From NCBI GenBank assembly GCA_013298545.1, contig JAAFIA010000014.1, forward strand, positions 32-64,031: a stretch of 64,000 nucleotides of DNA, read 5' to 3'. The notes beneath the pieces are model-generated. The model saw nothing but the letters and a program-made list of their open reading frames with translations. It was not told where the DNA came from and did no database searches. This document shows positions 27,783 through 37,445 of the stretch, piece by piece. Position 1 is the stretch's first letter, and each line of letters starts with the position of its first letter. The translations under genes and the position numbers were made by a program. The DNA is from Bacteroidota bacterium. GTDB lineage: Bacteria; Bacteroidota; Bacteroidia; Palsa-965.

Positions 27783-27896
27783 GGGTGTGTGGAATTGGTG
27801 TTTTCTAATAGGGATTAATCCATTGATTTTCCACAAGATATAGCGAACTTTTCACATAATGTACGGGCAAGTGAAAAATCCGTCAAAAACCCCGAT

Positions 27897-28301
27897 TTAT
27901 TTGCATTGACATGCCACACCATCAGGCATCGGATCTATGCGCAAGAGTTTTGCGGTAGAATCTTTTGTGCATGCAGCAATGTAGCAATCGACGGGTTTGC
28001 CCGAAACGGTAATGTGTACAAAGTATTCGTGGCAAGGTTCTTTATCGGTTTGACTACGTCCAAAATCAACCGAGCCATTCAGAAACGCTTTACGAATGCT
28101 ATCAACGGGCATGTTGGCGCAATTGAGTTTGCATTGCATGCTGCTGTCGATGTCGTATGTTTTAGCTAAGTGCAAAAAATTCAGTACGCGCGATTCGGGA
28201 AGCCAACCGCTAAAATCACGTTCGCGGCTACGGAACAAGAAAAAGCAAATAATACAGCCCAGTCCAAAACCAAAAACATATAACATGATGCGTCTTTTCA
28301 T
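27897..28301 (-). CDS. Hypothetical membrane-anchored Cys-containing protein
   Basis: 134-aa ORF with N-terminal TM segment; no family recognised. Confidence 0.4.
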   Translation of the reverse strand: MKRRIMLYVFGFGLGCIICFFLFRSRERDFSGWLPESRVLNFLHLAKTYDIDSSMQCKLNCANMPVDSIRKAFLNGSVDFGRSQTDKEPCHEYFVHITVSGKPVDCYIAACTKDSTAKLLRIDPMPDGVACQCK

Positions 28302-28310
28302 GGCGCAAAG

Positions 28311-29531
28311 TTACAAGGCTGCAACGAGTAGATCAAGATCTTTGTACGGAAGATTGAAATGTTCGCCAAGGTATTTGTTGGTGAGCATGCCGTTGTAAAG
28401 ATAAACGCCGCTGCGCACGCCTACGTTATGGCGAAGCATATTGGCAATTCCGGCTTCTTCGCCGATGTTGAGCATAATGGGGGCAAAAATGGTACTCAGC
28501 GCATACGAGGCCGTGCGCGATACACGCGAGGCAATATTGGGAACGCAATAGTGTGTAACGCCGTGTTTACGGAAAACGGGTTTGGAATGATTGGTTACTT
28601 GCGATGTTTCAAAACAACCGCCTTGGTCAATGCTCACATCCACGATTACTGCACCTGCTTTCATTTCGGCCACCATTTCTTCTGTTACAACGCAAGGTGT
28701 TCGCCCTTCGCTGGCACGAAGTGCGCCAATGGCAACATCGGCAGTTTTTAAATGTTTGGCCAAAACCTTTGGCTGAATGATGGAAGTGAAAATGCGTGTT
28801 CCTAAAGCACTTTGCAAGCGACGCAACCGATACACCGAATTGTCAAACACCTTGACGGATGCGCCTAGTCCGAAAGCGGCACGGGCTGCGTATTCGCCTA
28901 CTGTTCCTGCACCAATGATAACCACTTCGGTTGGTGCAACGCCAGAGATGCCGCCAAGAATTGCGCCTTGTCCGTTATTGACATTGCTTAAATATTCGGC
29001 AGCAATGAGGATGGATGTGCCGCCAGCAATTTCGCCCATGGAGCGAATTACGGGGAATACACCATCTTCGTCTTTGATCCATTCAAACGCGAGGGCGGTT
29101 ACTTTTTTATCGATGAGGCGGCGCAAAAAACTTTCGGGTTGCGCCGGAAGTTGTAGCGTAGAAAGAAGCAATTGTTTGGGCTGCATCCATTCAATCTCTT
29201 GAAGCGATGGCGGCGCAACTTTCAGAATGATTTCCGAATTTTTATAAAGTTCTTCGGGGGTATAGCAGATTTTTGCTCCTGCTTCGGAATAGTCGTTGTC
29301 TTGAAAACTCGACGGCTTGCCAGCTCCGGCTTCAACAGAAACTTCATGCCCGTGATTTACGAGCAACGCAACATCGTCAGGAACAAGTGAAACACGGTTT
29401 TCCTGAAACGAAATTTCTTTCGGAATACCAATGCTTAAACTACCTTTTTTCTTGGCTACTTCGAGCATTTCTTCCTGAGGCATCAGGGCGCTCTTGGTCA
29501 GCGATTGCAGTACATCACGAGAAGTCATCAT
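28311..29531 (-). CDS. ald: Alanine dehydrogenase (AlaDH/PNT family)
   Basis: IGIPKEISFQENRVSLVPD N-terminal domain and NAD-binding VIIGAGTVGEYAARAAFGLGASVKVFD. Confidence 0.7.
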   Translation of the reverse strand: MMTSRDVLQSLTKSALMPQEEMLEVAKKKGSLSIGIPKEISFQENRVSLVPDDVALLVNHGHEVSVEAGAGKPSSFQDNDYSEAGAKICYTPEELYKNSEIILKVAPPSLQEIEWMQPKQLLLSTLQLPAQPESFLRRLIDKKVTALAFEWIKDEDGVFPVIRSMGEIAGGTSILIAAEYLSNVNNGQGAILGGISGVAPTEVVIIGAGTVGEYAARAAFGLGASVKVFDNSVYRLRRLQSALGTRIFTSIIQPKVLAKHLKTADVAIGALRASEGRTPCVVTEEMVAEMKAGAVIVDVSIDQGGCFETSQVTNHSKPVFRKHGVTHYCVPNIASRVSRTASYALSTIFAPIMLNIGEEAGIANMLRHNVGVRSGVYLYNGMLTNKYLGEHFNLPYKDLDLLVAAL

Positions 29532-29652
29532 AAACGGGAGATCATTGTACGGATTTCAAAAAAAACGATGCTTTTCTGAAAAGGACGCTTAAAAATACGC
29601 TTTTCCTGAGAATTGCCAATACAGATTGCCGCGGAATTTATTTTACAGCAAT

Positions 29653-30534
29653 TTATGGGGTAGCGATTTCTTGTGGCTCGATGTGAATCAACACATGACC
29701 GAGTTCGGGAATATCGGCTTTTAAGGCATCTTGAAGCAGATGCGCCAAATCGTGTCCTTCGCGTACACTAATGTCGCCTTTGACCATGGCGTGAAGTTCG
29801 ATGTGGTATTTCATGCCCGCTTTTCGGATAAAACATTTTTCTGTTCCCGTAATGCCTTGCACGCCTGATGCCACTTTTCGGATTTCGTCAATCAAATCGT
29901 CATAGACATGCTCGTCCATAATTTCGCTCAAGGCGGGACGAAAAATTAAATAGCTGTTGTATAAAATAAAAAACGATGCGAGTAGCGCAGCCCAATCATC
30001 GGCAGCTTCATATCCTTTTCCTAAAATAAGGGCAATCGAAATTCCGATAAATGCGGCAACAGAGGTAATGGCATCGCTGCGGTGATGCCAAGCATCGGCT
30101 TTGAGCGAAGAACTATGCGTTTCTTTACTTTTCTTCATCACAAAACGATACGATAATTCCTTCCACAAAATAATCACACCAAGTACAATGAGGGTATAAG
30201 GTTTGGGCAAAGCATGTGGTGTGCGAATATTGTCGATGCTTTCTAAGGCAATAATGGTTGCCGAGACAATGAGAAAACCAACAACTACAAACGTCATTAA
30301 CGTTTCGGCGCGGCCATGTCCGTAGGGATGATTTTTATCGGGCGGACGATTGGCGTATTTAATGCCCAACAAAACGAGAATGGAAGAAAATACATCAGCC
30401 GTTGATTCAATGGCATCGGCAATCAAGGCATACGAGTTTCCGAAATAACCGACAATGCCTTTAATCAGGGCAAGTACAATGTTTCCAACAATGCTGAAAT
30501 AAGTTGTATTAACAGCCGTTTTTTCGTTGGTCAT
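29653..30534 (-). CDS. Cation diffusion facilitator family metal efflux transporter
   Basis: CDF signature in TM2-TM3 (ALIADAIESTADVFSS ... HPYGHGRAETL); 293 aa; start overlaps the tsaE stop (ATGA). Confidence 0.85.
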   Translation of the reverse strand: MTNEKTAVNTTYFSIVGNIVLALIKGIVGYFGNSYALIADAIESTADVFSSILVLLGIKYANRPPDKNHPYGHGRAETLMTFVVVGFLIVSATIIALESIDNIRTPHALPKPYTLIVLGVIILWKELSYRFVMKKSKETHSSSLKADAWHHRSDAITSVAAFIGISIALILGKGYEAADDWAALLASFFILYNSYLIFRPALSEIMDEHVYDDLIDEIRKVASGVQGITGTEKCFIRKAGMKYHIELHAMVKGDISVREGHDLAHLLQDALKADIPELGHVLIHIEPQEIATP

Positions 30535-30959
30535 GCAGATATGTATAAGCTGGCCTCAAGGCTTCGCGTTTGTTGATCGGCAGTAATGTTTACAGCGATG
30601 GTGTTTTCAGGCAGGAGCGGGGCGATATTTTCAGGCCATTCGATGAAACAATAATTTCCACTGTAAAGATATTCTTCTACGCCCATATCAATTGCTTCTT
30701 CTAATCTTCGAATGCGGTAAAAGTCGAAATGATAAATCGCTTGATTTTGTGCATTTCGGTATTCGTTGACAAGTGAAAATGTAGGACTTGATGTATGTTC
30801 GGTTACACCAAGTGCTTCGCAAATGATTTTAATGGTAGTTGTTTTTCCTGCGCCCATTGCGCCAAAAAAAGCAAACACCCGATTATCTGGAAATGCCAAA
30901 AGCAGTTTTTTTGCAAGTTCCGGCAATTGCTCAAGCGAAGAAATGGTTGCTTGAAACAT
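30531..30959 (-). CDS. tsaE: tRNA threonylcarbamoyladenosine biosynthesis protein TsaE
   Basis: P-loop GAMGAGKTT and SPTFSLVNEY motif; 142 aa. Confidence 0.8.
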   Translation of the reverse strand: MFQATISSLEQLPELAKKLLLAFPDNRVFAFFGAMGAGKTTTIKIICEALGVTEHTSSPTFSLVNEYRNAQNQAIYHFDFYRIRRLEEAIDMGVEEYLYSGNYCFIEWPENIAPLLPENTIAVNITADQQTRSLEASLYISA

Positions 30960-30965
30960 GGTGTT

Positions 30966-32519
30966 TTATTTTGCACTAAGTATCACAAACGGAATAATCA
31001 TTTCTTCTAACGAAATGCCGCCATGTTGAAAGGTATTGCGGTAATAGGTAACGTAGTGGTTGTAGTTGTTTGGATAGGCAAAAAACAAATCTTGTTTTGC
31101 AAAAACAAATGCGGTGCTGACGTGCTGCTTGGGTAAAAATGCGTCAGCGGGATTGCGAATTTCAAACACATCTTTTTTGATGTAATCCAAACTCTTGCCT
31201 TGTTTGTAACGCAAGTTAGTATTGACATTGCGGTCGCCGACAACTTTTGATGGTTCGGTAACTTTAATGGTTCCATGATCGGTGGTGATGATCATGCGTG
31301 CGCCGCGATCGGCAACTTGTTTGATCATGTCGTGCAAGGGCGAATGTTCAAACCACGAAAGGGTGAGTGAGCGGTAAGCCGCATCGTCATCGGCGAGTTC
31401 GCGAATGACTTCCATTTCGGTACGTGCATGCGAGAGCATATCAACGAAATTGTAAACAATGACGTTGAGTTTATTTTGCATGAGGTTACTGAAACTATCG
31501 GCAAGTTTTTTTCCGGCAGTGTGGTTGGTAATTTTGTTGTAGGAGAATTTTACGTCTTTGCCAAGGCGTTTGAGGTTGGCGGCAAGAAATTCTTCTTCGT
31601 GCATATTTTTTCCACCTTCGTCTTCGTCGTTGAGCCATGCATTCGGGAATCGCTTTTCGATTTCAGAGGGCATGAGTCCGGCAAAGAGTGCGTTGCGCGC
31701 GTATTGCGTAGCGGTAGGCAAAATGCTAAAAAATAAATCTTCGGATTCGACTTTGAAGTATTGGCTCAAAACGGGTTGAAGGACTTTCCATTGGTCGTAG
31801 CGCAAATTATCGATGAGCATAAAAAAGAGTGGCCCTTCTTTATCGAGTTGCGGTGCAAGTTTATTTTTGAGGAGGGTGTGGGAGAGGGTGGGGGGATTTT
31901 TCTCTTTACCATTTAACCAACTGATGTAGTTCTGTTCAATAAATTTCGAGAAAGCAACATTGGCTTCGCGTTTTTGCATGGTCAGCACTTCATTCATGCC
32001 CGCATCTTGCGATTTGCCAAGTTCGAGTTCCCAGAAGACTAATTTTTTATACACATCAGTCCATTCGGTATGCGAGAGTTTGTCGCTCAAGGTCATGCCA
32101 ATGTTTCGGAATTCTTGTTGGTATCCGCTGGTGGTTTTTTCAGAAACAATGCGTTTATTGTCTAAGATCTTTTTGAGCGCGAGCAGAATCTGATTTGGGT
32201 TGACGGGTTTAATGAGGTAATCGGCAATTTTAGAACCGATAGCATCTTCCATGAGATTTTCTTCTTCACTTTTGGTAATCATCACCACGGGCACGTCGTT
32301 GTGCAAATTTTTCAGTCGGGTGAGTGTTTCCAATCCAGAAAGGCCGGGCATATTTTCGTCGAGAAAAACAATGTCGAAGTCTTGCTTTTCGGCGAGTTCA
32401 ATGGCTTCGTTTCCACTGGTAACGGTTGTTACTTCGTAGCCTTTATCTTTCAAAAAGATAACATGTGGTTTGAGCAAATCGATTTCGTCGTCGGCCCAGA
32501 GAATGCGAACTTGATCCAT
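30966..32519 (-). CDS. porX: T9SS response regulator PorX (CheY-like receiver + PglZ/alkaline-phosphatase-like domain)
   Basis: Receiver domain (ILWADDEIDLL ... FLDENMPGLSG) followed by a roughly 380-aa PglZ-type domain; 517 aa, matching PorX architecture; located in T9SS context. Confidence 0.7.
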   Translation of the reverse strand: MDQVRILWADDEIDLLKPHVIFLKDKGYEVTTVTSGNEAIELAEKQDFDIVFLDENMPGLSGLETLTRLKNLHNDVPVVMITKSEEENLMEDAIGSKIADYLIKPVNPNQILLALKKILDNKRIVSEKTTSGYQQEFRNIGMTLSDKLSHTEWTDVYKKLVFWELELGKSQDAGMNEVLTMQKREANVAFSKFIEQNYISWLNGKEKNPPTLSHTLLKNKLAPQLDKEGPLFFMLIDNLRYDQWKVLQPVLSQYFKVESEDLFFSILPTATQYARNALFAGLMPSEIEKRFPNAWLNDEDEGGKNMHEEEFLAANLKRLGKDVKFSYNKITNHTAGKKLADSFSNLMQNKLNVIVYNFVDMLSHARTEMEVIRELADDDAAYRSLTLSWFEHSPLHDMIKQVADRGARMIITTDHGTIKVTEPSKVVGDRNVNTNLRYKQGKSLDYIKKDVFEIRNPADAFLPKQHVSTAFVFAKQDLFFAYPNNYNHYVTYYRNTFQHGGISLEEMIIPFVILSAK

Positions 32520-32616
32520 AATTTAGAACTATCGGAAGCGGTTATTGGCCGCAGATGAGTGAATGTTTTGGTGAGGATTTTGAAAATTCTTTTTGAAAGA
32601 GCAAGATAATTATATG

Positions 32617-33468
32617 TTACTCTTCATCGCTAAACATAGCAGCAATTAAGGCGATTAAAGCCAATCCAACTAATACGTTTGCTGTATTTGTATTTTTGTT
32701 AAAAACAGGTGTTGTGTTTATTGGAAGAGAAGTGTTATTGTATATGATTGTTGGTTCATGTATGGTAGAGTCTTCGTCAGAATTGAATGTTGGCGAAATT
32801 TGAATACCGGAAAGTTTGTGGCTCAATTCCTCGATTTTGTTTACGAGATTATTTCTGTTAAAGTAGTACGGTAGAATTTTTTCATGAAAATGTGTCGGAA
32901 TCCGTATCTCACTTTCTTCTGATTGAACGAGAATAACTTTGCAGTTTACGTCAGTGGCTTTATAAATATATTTTTCCAATTCGGTAAAATCTTTCCCATA
33001 CACATTCATAATTAAAACTATCGTTTCTCGCTGAATGGAAGTATTGGGCAAAATCTTTTCAATCATCAATCCTTTTTCTGAAGCAAGTTTTTCAAAATGC
33101 TGCAACAAGTCTTGTCCTTTTTTGCCTGAATGAACAGCAACATAAATTTTTTTTGATCGAATTTCTTCGAAAAAACGAGCACGTAAATCAATGTATTCTT
33201 TAACCGAATTTCGGATCACATCAGCAACTGAAGAGGATGCTTTTATCACTTTAACGCGTTGTTTAAACAAAACATCACCAAAAAGATCGATCACATAAAA
33301 AAACGCTCCATTAATGAATGAAGGAGCGAGATACTCAACTCGATCAAATGAAACCTCAATGTTTTGAAACGGATTTCTTCGAATCGAATTGGCAATTTCT
33401 TTGCCCACAATCAATCCGCCCGAACTAGTCAGGTGATCAGATGTGAGTTTTGAAACGGCTATTTCCAT
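32617..33468 (-). CDS. DUF4325-like (STAS-like) domain protein with C-terminal transmembrane anchor
   Basis: 283 aa; ATG overlaps the upstream stop (TAATG); N-terminal about 100 aa resemble a STAS-like DUF4325; C-terminal VLVGLALIALIAAMF is hydrophobic; AT-rich (about 33% GC). Confidence 0.45.
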   Translation of the reverse strand: MEIAVSKLTSDHLTSSGGLIVGKEIANSIRRNPFQNIEVSFDRVEYLAPSFINGAFFYVIDLFGDVLFKQRVKVIKASSSVADVIRNSVKEYIDLRARFFEEIRSKKIYVAVHSGKKGQDLLQHFEKLASEKGLMIEKILPNTSIQRETIVLIMNVYGKDFTELEKYIYKATDVNCKVILVQSEESEIRIPTHFHEKILPYYFNRNNLVNKIEELSHKLSGIQISPTFNSDEDSTIHEPTIIYNNTSLPINTTPVFNKNTNTANVLVGLALIALIAAMFSDEE

Positions 33469-34334
33469 TAAAATTCGATTGTTTCGTCGAAACTTTCCTT
33501 TTCGAGTTCCTCAAAGTTACGAAAATCGAGCGATGCGCGTATGAGTGTTCCCGGATGGTCGTACTCAAGTAGTTGATGATCTTCCATGTTGAATGTATAG
33601 CCCGTTTTTGGGTTTACAAACAAACAACCCCGACCAGAACGTATTTCTAATTCTCTTTTTACGGTTTCAATCAAGGAAATGAGGTTGTTTAAACCTCGTC
33701 CATAATTCTGTGCGGTTGTTTTTGTTGTAATGAAATTTTCTGTCGCGTACCAGATTGCCTCCGAATCACTTCGCCGTTGCATTTCAATTCCGAAATGGCT
33801 TTTTATCCGGTGAGCAATTCCGGTACCTAAATCAGAAACAACGATTTCTATTTTATTCGAGACAATTGGGGCAATGTGAATAAAACCAAAGCGATAATCC
33901 GAATGCTGACATATGTTCATGTACAACTCTGCAAATACAGCAATAGCTTGTGTTAAATCTTTTTGTTTTAAAGTAGGATTAGTCTTGAAAAAGTCAAGCA
34001 GTTGATTCCGCCGATTCAGTAACTTCTCCTCATTATCAACACTTGTAAGAAATAGACCAAAGCTGCCAGCATGAATTTCGATACTTTGGTACGGATGATC
34101 TGCAATTTTCTTGAAATACGCTAATGCATTATTTGACGATTCGACATGCGAGATAGCAACGCGATTGTTTTGTTGTTCTAAAATTATACTGAGAAGAAAA
34201 CAGGTAGCAGAGTTATCAATTTCTTCAACAGATGCCCAATCAAATTTAATCGTAACAGGCTTTCTCTGTTGTAATGCTAATCGTATATCTACAAGTTCTT
34301 GTAGCGAAATTTTTGTGTTGAAACTAAAAACCAT
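33468..34334 (-). CDS. STAS-like N-terminal domain fused to GHKL/RsbW-SpoIIAB-like serine kinase ATPase domain
   Basis: N-box-like ELYMNICQHS and G1-box VVSDLGTGIAHRI; G2-like NYGRGLNN; N-terminal anti-sigma-antagonist-like segment. ATG at 34334 sits 2 nt after the ispF stop; the track TTG start is at 34358. AT-rich. Confidence 0.5.
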   Translation of the reverse strand: MVFSFNTKISLQELVDIRLALQQRKPVTIKFDWASVEEIDNSATCFLLSIILEQQNNRVAISHVESSNNALAYFKKIADHPYQSIEIHAGSFGLFLTSVDNEEKLLNRRNQLLDFFKTNPTLKQKDLTQAIAVFAELYMNICQHSDYRFGFIHIAPIVSNKIEIVVSDLGTGIAHRIKSHFGIEMQRRSDSEAIWYATENFITTKTTAQNYGRGLNNLISLIETVKRELEIRSGRGCLFVNPKTGYTFNMEDHQLLEYDHPGTLIRASLDFRNFEELEKESFDETIEF

Positions 34335-34336
34335 TG

Positions 34337-34816
34337 CTACTTTTTTTGAATCAAACAAACCGCATACGCATTGGCACCGTTTTCGCTGCCCACATACCCC
34401 AGTTTTTCATTGGTGGTTGCTTTGATCGAAACGCAATCTTCGGCCACGCCGAGAATTGGCGCAAGCACACGCACCATTTCGGGAATGTGTGGATTTATTT
34501 TTGGTTGTTCGAGGCAAAGTGTCGCATCTACATTGCCCACGCGCCAGCCACGCTCCAAAAGCAAACGCACCACTTCGCGCAACAAATCTTTGCTATCGGC
34601 ACCTTTCCAACGCGCATCGGTATTCGGAAAGTGAAAACCAATATCGCGTAGTGCAGCCGCACCCAACAACGCATCGCAAATCGCATGCAACAACACATCC
34701 GCATCCGAATGCCCATCGCAACCCTTTTCATGTGGAATTAAAACACCACCCAGCCAAAGCGGACGACCCACCACCAATTGATGTACATCGAATCCAAATC
34801 CTACGCGTATATCCAT
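34337..34816 (-). CDS. ispF: 2-C-methyl-D-erythritol 2,4-cyclodiphosphate synthase
   Basis: GFGFDVHQL ... GHSDADVLLHAICDALLGA signature. Confidence 0.85.
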   Translation of the reverse strand: MDIRVGFGFDVHQLVVGRPLWLGGVLIPHEKGCDGHSDADVLLHAICDALLGAAALRDIGFHFPNTDARWKGADSKDLLREVVRLLLERGWRVGNVDATLCLEQPKINPHIPEMVRVLAPILGVAEDCVSIKATTNEKLGYVGSENGANAYAVCLIQKK

Positions 34817-34865
34817 GCTGTAAAAGTAAACGAGCCGTTCGGAATATGGAACGCTTTGATGCTTT

Positions 34866-36041
34866 TTATTTTGAAGGAGCAGGTTTGCGTTTCAATCGAA
34901 TCGAATCAAACGCCACATGTAAAGAAATTCTATATGTCTTATCCAAACCACGAGCGGTGTTTCTGATTAGCATCAAGTATGAGAAATTCAAATCGAATGC
35001 ACGATAATGAATGCCGATTCCAGACGTGAAAAATTGGCGAAACCCTTTTGTCTTATGCTCATAGAAAAAACCACCACGCACAAATAAGAAACGATTAAAT
35101 CCATATTCCATGCCACTAGCTAGAATAATTTCATTTAACTCTTCCCGAAAACCATTTGGTGCATCTGTAAACGAGCCAAAAATTCCCGATGCTGCTGATC
35201 GATTTGGGTCGCGCCCTGCAAGAATTGCATAATGCCCATTAGCCAATAATATTGGTTGGCCTAACGAGTCTGTTTTATAGGTCGGTGGTGTTGGGACTAG
35301 CAATTTGTTCGCATCAATATAAAAGCCAAGTTGATGTGCCGCGCTCATGTCGATACGCGTTCCTATTCCTAAGCGCAGATTTGTTGTAATGAAGTCGCTA
35401 GTTGTTTGATTCGTGTGTTTTACTTTTGCACCAATGTTGGAAATATGAACGCCATACATTAGTATAGTTCTCTTGTCGCCCAATGAAAATTGATCGTTTG
35501 TATAAAAGGCGGAGATATCAGCAGCGTATGTCTTTCCCTGCATTCCAGCGAAAAGCGACGAATAAATATAGCGAGCCGAAATAGCAGATGAGAAATGGTC
35601 GTTTATTTTATAGGCTAATGATAAATCCAAAGCTAATGCTGTTTGACTATTCCTAGTGTTAAAACGACCCGCGGTGTAATTGCGCATACTAAAGCCAAGT
35701 GTTGTTTTCTCCTTCAATCGCCTACACCCACTTAAATAGAAGACATTAATCTCAGGTCGAACTGCGCGCAGCCAAGGTGTGTAAGAAAAACTCAATGCGC
35801 TTTTATGTGCTATCCAAACAAGTTTGGCTGGATTCCAAAAATTAGCATTTGCATCAGCAGTTGTCGCCGCACCTAATTCACCCATCCCACATGCCCTAGC
35901 ATCTGGAGAAATGGATAAGAAGGGAACTGCAGTTGAAATCGTATTAAGTTGTCCGATACTGTTTTGTCCCACTAGATCAATTCTTGCAGAGAACGTGAGC
36001 AAGATGAGTGATAGCAATCGCATTGCTCTGATGTTCTTCAT
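34866..36041 (-). CDS. PorV/LptO-family T9SS outer-membrane protein (second, divergent paralog)
   Basis: QLNTISTAVPFLSISPDARACGMGE...FWNPAKL is highly similar to the adjacent PorV, and the barrel is FadL-like. Confidence 0.6.
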   Translation of the reverse strand: MKNIRAMRLLSLILLTFSARIDLVGQNSIGQLNTISTAVPFLSISPDARACGMGELGAATTADANANFWNPAKLVWIAHKSALSFSYTPWLRAVRPEINVFYLSGCRRLKEKTTLGFSMRNYTAGRFNTRNSQTALALDLSLAYKINDHFSSAISARYIYSSLFAGMQGKTYAADISAFYTNDQFSLGDKRTILMYGVHISNIGAKVKHTNQTTSDFITTNLRLGIGTRIDMSAAHQLGFYIDANKLLVPTPPTYKTDSLGQPILLANGHYAILAGRDPNRSAASGIFGSFTDAPNGFREELNEIILASGMEYGFNRFLFVRGGFFYEHKTKGFRQFFTSGIGIHYRAFDLNFSYLMLIRNTARGLDKTYRISLHVAFDSIRLKRKPAPSK

Positions 36042-36150
36042 GTTGTATAAACGAAGAATACATCAAAAAAGTCTCTATATAAGATTCGTTTTGACACAAA
36101 AAAAACCGCACTGTCAACTGACGAATGCGGTTTTATGATTTCCGAAAATT

Positions 36151-37404
36151 TTATTTGCTATCACCACCATCATTCTGCGATTTAAACGCATCGAAGTCGA
36201 AGGTGAGTGTGAATCGTAATGTGTTTTGCAACGGACTTCGTTGGCCATTGGCTGGAATCAAATATGCAAAATCCAATCCGAAAACATTGTAACGCAAGCC
36301 TGCACCCAAGGTAATGAACTGACGATTTCCTTTTAACGGATGCTCATAAAAATAACCAGCGCGCACCGCAAATTGCTTGTCGTACCAATATTCAAAACCC
36401 GCAGCGATATTGAATTCGCGAAGTTCTTCTTTAAATCCACCTGGAGCATCGTTGAATGAACCAAGAATACCTGATGGCACAGAACGGTTAGGATCTTTAC
36501 CATACAAAATCTGATACTGTCCATCTGGGCCAATAATAGGTGAGCCATTGGAATCAAGTTCATACACAGGAGGCGTTGGCACAAGCAATTTGTTCAACTC
36601 CACAGAAAATGCAATCTGGTTATAATCATCTGCATCAACCAACATACCAGCTCCCAAACGCATATTGATTGGAATAAAATCGCGGTTGGTAGATGTAGAG
36701 TAAGAAATTTTTGCACCAATATTAGACAAGTTTAAACCAGCCATCATGGTTGCTTTTTTTCCACTCAGCTTAATATCATCGTTAAAATAATAAGCCGCAA
36801 GATCAACGGCAAACGATGTTCCGGGTTTGGTATCTTGACCAGAAACCGTAATGCCATTGGTGAGGTTGGAACGAATAAAACGACCCGCCATAGCCGCAGA
36901 GAAACGATTGCCAAGCTTGCGCGAATAAGCAGCGTCTAAAGCAAATTCGTTTGGACGAAACTGGCCAATGCTATTGCCCACAACATCAGTAAACGTAATA
37001 TTTCCCAACGAGAAATAACGCAATGACCCACCAAATGCAGAATTTTTATCCAGTTTGGAGTAGAAACTGACATAAGCTAGATTGATGTCGGGAACAAGAG
37101 CGCGCAACCAAGGCGTGTAAGAAACACCAAGCCCCATTTTTTTCTGCGCAAACGCTAGTTTGGCCGGATTCCAATGCAACGAATTGACATCAGGCGTTGT
37201 AGAAACACCCGTTTCGCCCATTCCGCCAGCGCGGGAATCGGGAGAAATCATCAGAAACGGAACCGCTGTGGTAATGGTATTCAGTTGACCAAGAAGTTGG
37301 TCAGTCGTAAGGTTGACTTGGGCCATAGCAGGAGTTGATACTCCGGCTGCAAGACCGAATAGCAATGCAGCTTTTGCTATTGTAGAGTTCATTCGTGGAT
37401 TCAT
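36151..37404 (-). CDS. porV: T9SS outer-membrane channel/shuttle protein PorV (LptO)
   Basis: QLNTITTAVPFLMISPDSRAGGMGETG...HWNPAKL; about 400 aa; immediately downstream of porU. Confidence 0.7.
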   Translation of the reverse strand: MNPRMNSTIAKAALLFGLAAGVSTPAMAQVNLTTDQLLGQLNTITTAVPFLMISPDSRAGGMGETGVSTTPDVNSLHWNPAKLAFAQKKMGLGVSYTPWLRALVPDINLAYVSFYSKLDKNSAFGGSLRYFSLGNITFTDVVGNSIGQFRPNEFALDAAYSRKLGNRFSAAMAGRFIRSNLTNGITVSGQDTKPGTSFAVDLAAYYFNDDIKLSGKKATMMAGLNLSNIGAKISYSTSTNRDFIPINMRLGAGMLVDADDYNQIAFSVELNKLLVPTPPVYELDSNGSPIIGPDGQYQILYGKDPNRSVPSGILGSFNDAPGGFKEELREFNIAAGFEYWYDKQFAVRAGYFYEHPLKGNRQFITLGAGLRYNVFGLDFAYLIPANGQRSPLQNTLRFTLTFDFDAFKSQNDGGDSK

Positions 37405-37445
37405 GTGAACGACAAAAATAGAAATTTAGACTTTCATTCTACATC

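Noticed and set aside
28359-29202. 130- and 141-aa plus-strand ORFs opposite the alanine dehydrogenase gene
   Set aside because: Antisense to a gene with a clear Rossmann motif; composition atypical.
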